DNA of 64,000 nucleotides from Candidatus Izemoplasmatales bacterium (GTDB lineage Bacteria; Bacillota_I; Bacilli_A; Izemoplasmatales; Hujiaoplasmataceae): NCBI GenBank assembly GCA_050949045.1, contig JBMNEZ010000001.1, positions 544,001 to 608,000 of the forward strand, read 5' to 3'. Shown piece by piece: positions 58,167 to 64,000 of this stretch (position 1 is its first letter; each line of letters starts with the position of its first letter). The notes under the pieces were generated by a model. It saw only the letters and a program-made list of their open reading frames with translations, ran no database searches and was not told where the DNA came from. The position numbers and the translations under genes were made by a program.

Positions 58167-58881
58167 AATTCATGTTGCCTTTTTATTGAACAAGCAGACG
58201 TTATTGATCCTCATTTTATCGGTTATTGTGATAACCGGCTTTTTTGTATACTACGCAGACATTGCCTCCGGTTACGAAATGCTTGATGGGGAACGTGACT
58301 ATAATCAATCCGTTTATGTTTCCGACAGCGTTCATCTATTGGAATTCGTGCTGGTGTTGGTTGGAAGTGCCATTGGTAGTTTAGCGTATTCCGAAACGAG
58401 TTCAAAGTATCTTACTTATCTTGTCTTTGATAAAAAAACGAAGTTTTGGGCAAACATATCGAAAACACTATCGATCAGCTTAATCGAACTGGGATTCGTT
58501 TGGTTTCTTTTATTGATGTTTTACTCCATACCGCGTCTGTTTACGCCTTTTCAACTGTCTATCGCTGATATCACAAAACTGTTTTTATTGCTATATGCAG
58601 AGATGCTGTTTTATACATTCCTTAATTCATTGATGATGATCATCGTCAAGAACTACTTGGTTCTCGTCATTCCGTTGTTGTTATTCTTTCTCCTCAATCA
58701 AGCTGACTCCTATGCCCAGATCGAGGCTTCGGAGTTGTTAAGGCTGGCGAATAGCGTGGTGGTCAACTTAATTTGGAACCTTGATGGCTATACGACTTAC
58801 GGGGATTTCCATGCCCTTATTCTCACTAGCAACTTGATGATGATGTTCTCAACTTTAGTATCGGTTCGCTCAGATATATGA
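58159..58881 (+). CDS. Probable ABC-2-type permease (about 6 TM helices)
   Basis: Hydrophobic 240-aa ORF overlapping the ATPase stop. Confidence 0.7.
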   Translation: MLRIHVAFLLNKQTLLILILSVIVITGFFVYYADIASGYEMLDGERDYNQSVYVSDSVHLLEFVLVLVGSAIGSLAYSETSSKYLTYLVFDKKTKFWANISKTLSISLIELGFVWFLLLMFYSIPRLFTPFQLSIADITKLFLLLYAEMLFYTFLNSLMMIIVKNYLVLVIPLLLFFLLNQADSYAQIEASELLRLANSVVVNLIWNLDGYTTYGDFHALILTSNLMMMFSTLVSVRSDI

Positions 58882-58942
58882 CCAACTGTTAATGATACAA
58901 AGAAGATACCGATGCTTTCGAATTCATATTGCATAAAAGGAT

Positions 58943-58971
58943 TTGAAAAGGGCTGGCATAAGTGATATAAT
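58943..58971 (+). promoter_or_regulatory. Sigma-A promoter
   Basis: TTGAAA, 17 bp spacer, TG-n-TATAAT. Confidence 0.75.
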
Positions 58972-58974
58972 CAT

Positions 58975-59146
58975 AATGCCTTAATTTGACTATGGTGTTT
59001 AGAGCATTTGCAGGATTCACAGCATAATATAGTTAAGCCGTATGATGTGAACTGATTAACGTCAATGATTATCAGGTAGGATGTTGACGATTGTTTAGGT
59101 CCGGCCGACTGCCGTCTGTTCGTTTCATAATCTTGGCCAAGGCATT
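58975..59146 (+). ncRNA. Candidate structured RNA (sRNA or glmM-glmU leader)
   Basis: AATGCCTT/AAGGCATT end pairing, interrupted closing stem and two internal hairpins; begins just after a consensus promoter. Confidence 0.5.
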
Positions 59147-59198
59147 GATAAGCCACATAATTTCGCTAAGTCGGTTATAGTGGAGTAGGGATAATTGT

Positions 59199-60503
59199 AT
59201 GGGAAAGTACTTTGGAACAGATGGGATTCGCGGTAAAGCATATGAGTATCTTTCTGTCGACCTTGGATTCGCGGTCGGCAGAAGTTTGTCGCTTCTTGGA
59301 AACAACCTCTTGATTATCGCCACGGACACGCGCGAGTCGGGGCCAGCGCTTAAGAAAGCGATCAAAGACGGCGCAAAGGCCTCCGGTATCAATGTGATTG
59401 ATCTTGAGATTCAGCCTACACCGGTCCTGTGTTACCTCAGCAAAATTAAGAACGCGATTGGTGTGATGATCACTGCGAGCCATAATCCATATCAGGATAA
59501 TGGCTTCAAGGTTTTTCTTTCCGGAAGGAAGTTAACTCTCGAAGAAGAAGCCATCATCGAAAACTGCCTTGACGGCATACTCTCACCCTTGACTCAAGAT
59601 GTAAGCGGAAGAGAACTATCTTCCATTTCCTCGCTTTCTTTCTACCGTGCCCTTTTCTCCTCTTTTATCGAACAAACCAACCTCAGTATCGCTCTTGATC
59701 TTGCTCATGGCGCAACCTGCGCGACCGCTCGCGAGGTGTTCCGTCTACAAACCTCAAAACTTTTTGTCGTCGGAGACGCTCCCAATGGACTAAACATCAA
59801 TCATGATGTTGGTTCAACCAATCCGGAGTCGCTCCAAAAACTGATCAAATCGTGCGGTTCGGATATCGGGTTCGCCTTTGACGGTGACGGAGACAGGGTA
59901 ATCGCCGGTGACCATGACGGTATGATTTATGATGGCGATCTCCTCATCTATGTCATTGCCAATCATCTGCATGAGCAGGGACGATTGGTCAACGATAGCG
60001 TTGTTTTGACAAGAATGAGTAATCTTGGTATTATCAAAGCGCTCAAACATCACGGGATCGAGAGCGTCATTGTGGATGTCGGCGACAAAAATGTACTGGA
60101 CATGATGAATGTCGGCGGCTATGTCCTTGGTGGTGAAAACTCAGGGCACATCATCAACAAACTCTTGCTTGATACCGGAGACGGTGTGCTGAATGCCGCT
60201 TTCGTCACCCACATCCTTCATAAAACAGGTAAGACGCTAAAAGAGCTGACTAGCGATGTGACGATGTATCCGGACATTTTGTATAATCTCCGTGGCGTTG
60301 ATAAGTCTCTTGCCAAGCACCCACAAGTATCAGCGATTGTCAATATCATCAAGAACGAACTCAAAAACGATGGCAAGGTTTTTGTCCGCCCCAGCGGCAC
60401 TGAACCTTTAATCCGCATCGCTGTCTCTGCACCATCTCAAAGTGTTTGTGAAGATGCCGTGAGGCGGATTACTGAAACAATCTTATCGCTCCAAAAACAA
60501 TAA
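59199..60503 (+). CDS. glmM: Phosphoglucosamine mutase
   Basis: YFGTDGIRG, MITASHNP, DGDGDR, GGENSGH, RPSGTEP. Confidence 0.95.
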   Translation: MGKYFGTDGIRGKAYEYLSVDLGFAVGRSLSLLGNNLLIIATDTRESGPALKKAIKDGAKASGINVIDLEIQPTPVLCYLSKIKNAIGVMITASHNPYQDNGFKVFLSGRKLTLEEEAIIENCLDGILSPLTQDVSGRELSSISSLSFYRALFSSFIEQTNLSIALDLAHGATCATAREVFRLQTSKLFVVGDAPNGLNINHDVGSTNPESLQKLIKSCGSDIGFAFDGDGDRVIAGDHDGMIYDGDLLIYVIANHLHEQGRLVNDSVVLTRMSNLGIIKALKHHGIESVIVDVGDKNVLDMMNVGGYVLGGENSGHIINKLLLDTGDGVLNAAFVTHILHKTGKTLKELTSDVTMYPDILYNLRGVDKSLAKHPQVSAIVNIIKNELKNDGKVFVRPSGTEPLIRIAVSAPSQSVCEDAVRRITETILSLQKQ

Positions 60504-60529
60504 ACATTCTATATAGTAGGAGGAAGCAA

Positions 60530-61921
60530 ATGAAAAAATATGCCATTGTTCTCGCTGCCGGAAAAGGCACAAGAATGAAAACCGAAATGCCGAAATGCGC
60601 CTATCCAATTCTTAGAAAGCCGATGATCGCCTACATCGTTGAGAATCTTCGTAATGCTTCGATGATCGATGAAATCATCGTTGTTGTCGGGCATAAACAT
60701 CAAATTATCAGGGATATTCTCCAAGATGCCGTTACTTATGCATTCCAAGAAGAACAACTGGGGACCGCGCACGCAGTAATGGTCACCGAACCGCAAATCA
60801 CCGATCTTCAAGGCGATACGATCATCCTTCCGGGAGACATGCCGCTGGTCAATAGTTGCCTTTTAGAAAGCGCAATGCGCGAACACCATAACCGCCGCAA
60901 TGACTTGACGCTGGTGACTACCAATCTCGATGATCCTTCAGGCTATGGACGTATCGTCCGCAATGATTCCGGATATCTGGAATCCATCATCGAACACCAT
61001 GAGGCAAATGCTTTTCAAAGACTTATTAACGAGGTTAATACTGGAGTCTATGTTGTTAAGACAAGCCATTTGTTCTCAGCCCTAAAGAAAATAGACAACC
61101 ATAACTTGAAGAATGAGTATTATTTGACCGATATCATCAAGGTTATGAAAGCTAACAACTCCCTGATTGGCACGTATCATCTCAAGGAATCATACAAAGC
61201 CTTGGGAATCAACGACCTCTATGCTCTGAGTATCGCTGAATCGCGCCTGCGCCAAGACATCAACAAAGAACATATGCGTTCGGGAGTGGCGATGATCAAC
61301 CCGGATACGATCACAATTGGACACAACGTAAAAATCGAAGGGAATGTAATCATCCACCCGAACACCTATATCACCGGAAACTCTGTCATCCGCCAAGGAG
61401 CTCAAATCGGTCCGGATACAGAAATCCACGAGAGCATCATCGGCGAGAATGTCATCTGTCACCATTCGCTGATCTACAACTCAATCATCAATAAGGACTC
61501 TACTGTTGGCCCGTTCGCCCATCTTCGCAATGGCACTGTCATCGGCGAGAGAAATCGGATCGGCAACTTTGTCGAGGTCAAAAAATCAACGACAGGAGCC
61601 AATACCAAAGCTTCGCATCTTGCATATATCGGGGACGCTACCGTCGGCAAGAATGTCAATTTTGGCTGCGGATCAATCACTGTCAACTTCGATGGTCAGA
61701 ACAAGTACCAGACCACGATCGGCGATGATGTCTTCATCGGCTGCAATGTCAATATGATCGCCCCGATCAATATTGAAGAAGGCAGCCTGATCGCTGCCGG
61801 ATCGACTCTCAATAAAAACGTTCCCAAAGGCTCGCTTGCGATCGCTAGGGCGTACCAGGTAAACAAGGAAAACTACCTCCGCGACAAAAAGCAAAATGAT
61901 AACGACGAAGAAAAGAAGTAA
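60530..61921 (+). CDS. glmU: Bifunctional UDP-GlcNAc pyrophosphorylase/glucosamine-1-phosphate acetyltransferase
   Basis: LAAGKGTRM, QLGTAHA, GYGRI, EYYLTD, GPFAHLR, GNFVEVK, hexapeptide repeats. Confidence 0.97.
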   Translation: MKKYAIVLAAGKGTRMKTEMPKCAYPILRKPMIAYIVENLRNASMIDEIIVVVGHKHQIIRDILQDAVTYAFQEEQLGTAHAVMVTEPQITDLQGDTIILPGDMPLVNSCLLESAMREHHNRRNDLTLVTTNLDDPSGYGRIVRNDSGYLESIIEHHEANAFQRLINEVNTGVYVVKTSHLFSALKKIDNHNLKNEYYLTDIIKVMKANNSLIGTYHLKESYKALGINDLYALSIAESRLRQDINKEHMRSGVAMINPDTITIGHNVKIEGNVIIHPNTYITGNSVIRQGAQIGPDTEIHESIIGENVICHHSLIYNSIINKDSTVGPFAHLRNGTVIGERNRIGNFVEVKKSTTGANTKASHLAYIGDATVGKNVNFGCGSITVNFDGQNKYQTTIGDDVFIGCNVNMIAPINIEEGSLIAAGSTLNKNVPKGSLAIARAYQVNKENYLRDKKQNDNDEEKK

Positions 61922-61924
61922 TAC

Positions 61925-61953
61925 TTGACAATCAATCGCGTCTGTACTATACT
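61925..61953 (+). promoter_or_regulatory. Sigma-A promoter of the infC operon
   Basis: TTGACA, 17 bp spacer, TATACT. Confidence 0.85.
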
Positions 61954-61964
61954 ATATCAGGTTA

Positions 61965-62082
61965 AATAGTAGAAAGCAGAAGCCCCACTTCTCACCTGAT
62001 TGACTCGGTCAATAGGTAGACGCTACCATCATGTTTCGCTTGTATCTGACGTGGGTGCCTGCTTCGGCATCCACTTTATTTT
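61965..62082 (+). ncRNA. L20 leader (ribosomal protein L20 autoregulatory attenuator)
   Basis: AGCAGAAGCCCCACTTCTCACCTGATTGAC..AGGT, then terminator GTGGGTGCC..GGCATCCAC-TTTATTTT upstream of infC-rpmI-rplT. Confidence 0.88.
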
Positions 62083-62097
62083 ATGGAGGTGTTACGC

Positions 62098-62643
62098 ATT
62101 ATCTACGCAAACATGCAAAGACCGATAAGAAAGGATGATACCCCGATCAATGAGGAAATCCGGGCAAAGGAAGTCCTTTTGATTGGCGCAGACGGCTCAC
62201 AGTTTGGGGTAAAACCGATCAAGGAGGCTCTTTCAATCGCCAATCGCGAGGGTCTTGATCTTGTCATGGTCGCCCCCAACGCTCAGCCTCCGGTATGCAA
62301 ACTGATGGATTATCGCAAGTACCGCTATGAGCAACAGCGAAGAGCTCGCGAGGCGAAGAAAAACCAGAAAGTTGTCGAATTGAAAGAAATCCGGTTGACT
62401 GCGGTGATTGACAAACACGATTTCGAAACAAAACTTCGCAACGGCTATCGGTTTCTCGAGAAGGGTGACAAATTGAAAGTCGCCGTCTGGCTCCCTTACC
62501 GCGTCAGTGACATGCTGATCCAACAAGGCAAGGAAGTGCTCATCCGCTATCGTACGCTTTGCGAAGATATTAGCGCGCTTGAGAAAGACATCGCCCACGA
62601 AGGCCGATATCTGACTATGGTTTTGACGCCAAAGAAAAAATAA
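62098..62643 (+). CDS. infC: Translation initiation factor IF-3, probable ATT start
   Basis: INEEIRAKEV, PPVCKLMDY, ELKEIRL, HDFETK; GGAGGTG lies 6 nt before in-frame ATT 62098. Confidence 0.96.
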   Translation: MIYANMQRPIRKDDTPINEEIRAKEVLLIGADGSQFGVKPIKEALSIANREGLDLVMVAPNAQPPVCKLMDYRKYRYEQQRRAREAKKNQKVVELKEIRLTAVIDKHDFETKLRNGYRFLEKGDKLKVAVWLPYRVSDMLIQQGKEVLIRYRTLCEDISALEKDIAHEGRYLTMVLTPKKK

Positions 62644-62661
62644 CTTAGAGGAGAAATAGAC

Positions 62662-62859
62662 ATGCCAAAAATGCGCTCCCATTCAGGGACTAAAAAAAGA
62701 TTACAACGTACAGGAACAGGAAAACTGCTACGCCAAAGCACCTTCCGCGGACATTTGATGAGTCACAAGACTCCAAAGCAAAACCGGCAGGCAAGAAGAA
62801 AAGAAACGGTAACCACCTCTGATCTCAAACGAATCAGACATCAGGTTCCATATTTGTAA
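62662..62859 (+). CDS. rpmI: 50S ribosomal protein L35
   Basis: MPKMRSHSGTKKR..TGTGK. Confidence 0.96.
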   Translation: MPKMRSHSGTKKRLQRTGTGKLLRQSTFRGHLMSHKTPKQNRQARRKETVTTSDLKRIRHQVPYL

Positions 62860-62879
62860 GGACAGGAGGAGAATAGAAC

Positions 62880-63248
62880 ATGCCAAGAGTTAAAGGTAGC
62901 CCCGTCACCAGAAAAAGACGCAACAAGGTTTTGAAACTTGCCAAAGGCTATTATGGCGCCAAGCATTTGTTGTTTAGGACCGCCAAAGAACAGGTGATGA
63001 ACTCGCTCGCCTACCAGTATCGCGACCGGCGGAGACGGAAACGTGATTTTCGCAAACTATGGATCACCAGAATCAACGCCGCGGCGAGAATCAATGATCT
63101 GTCATATTCAAAATTGATTAACGGACTTACACTCGCAAACATCGAAGTTAACCGGAAAATGCTGGCTGAAATCGCCATAAACGATCAACCGGGATTCAAA
63201 GTGATCTGCGATCAAGCAAAAAAGGCTTTGGAAAAAGCCACCAAATGA
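62880..63248 (+). CDS. rplT: 50S ribosomal protein L20
   Basis: [41 protein letters not shown]. Confidence 0.99.
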   Translation: MPRVKGSPVTRKRRNKVLKLAKGYYGAKHLLFRTAKEQVMNSLAYQYRDRRRRKRDFRKLWITRINAAARINDLSYSKLINGLTLANIEVNRKMLAEIAINDQPGFKVICDQAKKALEKATK

Positions 63249-63250
63249 AG

Positions 63251-63274
63251 AAAAGTCTAGCGATAGACTTTTTT
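63251..63274 (+). terminator. Intrinsic terminator
   Basis: AAAAGTCTA-gcga-TAGACTTTT plus TT. Confidence 0.8.
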
Positions 63275-63369
63275 CTTACCATCAGCCTTTTGATAAGTTA
63301 ATTGTATTTATGACAAAAATTTGATAAAATAACTACGAATGAAAAACATTTACAGTTTATCCAGGACAG

Positions 63370-63942
63370 GTGATCGGTGTGAAAAAGCGCTTCCGAATCC
63401 ATTTATTCGGGTCCTCCGGATCGGGGTCAACGACTCTTGCAAAAGCGATTTCCCTTGCCCATGATTTTCATTTTATCGATGTCGACGATATCTTCTGGGA
63501 ACCTACCGATCCTCCGTTCACAAGAATAAAGCCGAAGTCAGAGTGTCTAGAACAGCTCCGCAACCTACTTGAAATTAACGAACGGGCCGCTGTTTCCGGC
63601 GCTTTCGTTGGCTGGGGTGACAGTCTGAAACCGTTGTTTGATTTATTTGTGTTCATGCATCTGCCCCTTGAAATCCGGCTTGAGCGGATCAAAATCCGCG
63701 AACAGAACCGTTTTGGGAACAGAGTGCTTCCCGGTGGTGATCTTTACAAACAGCATTTGGATTTTCTCGACTGGGTGAGTCTCTATGAGACAGGCGATAT
63801 CAATATGCGTAGCAAAGCACAGCACGAAGCCTGGCTGAAGGATGTAAATGTTCCGATCATCAGGATCACCGAGGCGATGTCGATTCCGGAAATGCTGAAG
63901 TTGATTCTTCCATACCTTGATTGTGAAAGCGAGCGTTTATAA
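63370..63942 (+). CDS. P-loop kinase-like protein (adenylate kinase-related)
   Basis: GSSGSGSTTLA, DVDDIFW, RLERIK.RE..RFG. Confidence 0.8.
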   Translation: MIGVKKRFRIHLFGSSGSGSTTLAKAISLAHDFHFIDVDDIFWEPTDPPFTRIKPKSECLEQLRNLLEINERAAVSGAFVGWGDSLKPLFDLFVFMHLPLEIRLERIKIREQNRFGNRVLPGGDLYKQHLDFLDWVSLYETGDINMRSKAQHEAWLKDVNVPIIRITEAMSIPEMLKLILPYLDCESERL

Positions 63943-63945
63943 ACG

Positions 63946-64000
63946 ATGGGCAATCTGTTTGATTTGTTTCTCAAAGGTTATCTGACCGTCATCATTCTGT
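63946..64000 (+). CDS. Start of a hydrophobic ORF running off the window
   Basis: ATG 63946, MGNLFDLFLKGYLTVIIL..., open to the end of the window. Confidence 0.4.
   Translation, partial: MGNLFDLFLKGYLTVIIL

Noticed and set aside
59080..59095. GTTGACGA upstream of glmM, as in the glmS ribozyme
   Set aside because: Not followed by GG, no upstream AGCGCC and no glmS gene
1..64000. Mobile elements, prophage, tRNA or rRNA genes, alternative genetic code
   Set aside because: No transposase, integrase or phage motifs or tRNA/rRNA signatures seen; many conserved genes end at TGA and use TGG for Trp

Overview
A gene-dense, almost entirely plus-strand stretch of core chromosome read with the standard bacterial code (TGA = stop). 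Gene order (pgsA-recA-rny-ymdB-miaB-X-mutS-mutL-miaA; rluB-cmk-rpsA-der-hup; nusB-xseA-xseB-dxs; infC-rpmI-rplT behind an L20 leader), CIRCE elements and sigma-A-type promoters point to a Bacilli-lineage organism. The sporulation-associated neighbours of the B. subtilis block are missing, so a reduced, Mollicutes-related lineage (Izemoplasma/Acholeplasma-like) is possible, but that is inference. I found no rRNA, tRNA, CRISPR array, transposase, integrase or phage gene. Most genes are housekeeping: tRNA modification, mismatch repair, potABCD, MEP pathway, nadD/nadE, glmM/glmU. Five things stand out. (1) A four-gene cassette at 56055-58881 whose secreted first protein has an aerolysin/ETX-MTX2-like amphipathic beta-hairpin, followed by a membrane-anchored acidic protein and an ABC exporter; its ribosome-binding site lies inside a terminator-like hairpin. 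(2) A tail-anchored protein with several SAP/Rho-N-like helical motifs directly before mutS-mutL. (3) End-paired candidate RNA structures of about 50-180 nt in nearly every long intergenic region, including 6S-like candidates and leaders of potABCD, rny and glmM-glmU. (4) A TPR protein with degenerate GGDEF/EAL domains. (5) A 55-aa membrane protein missed by the ORF track. All RNA pairings were found by eye, not computed.
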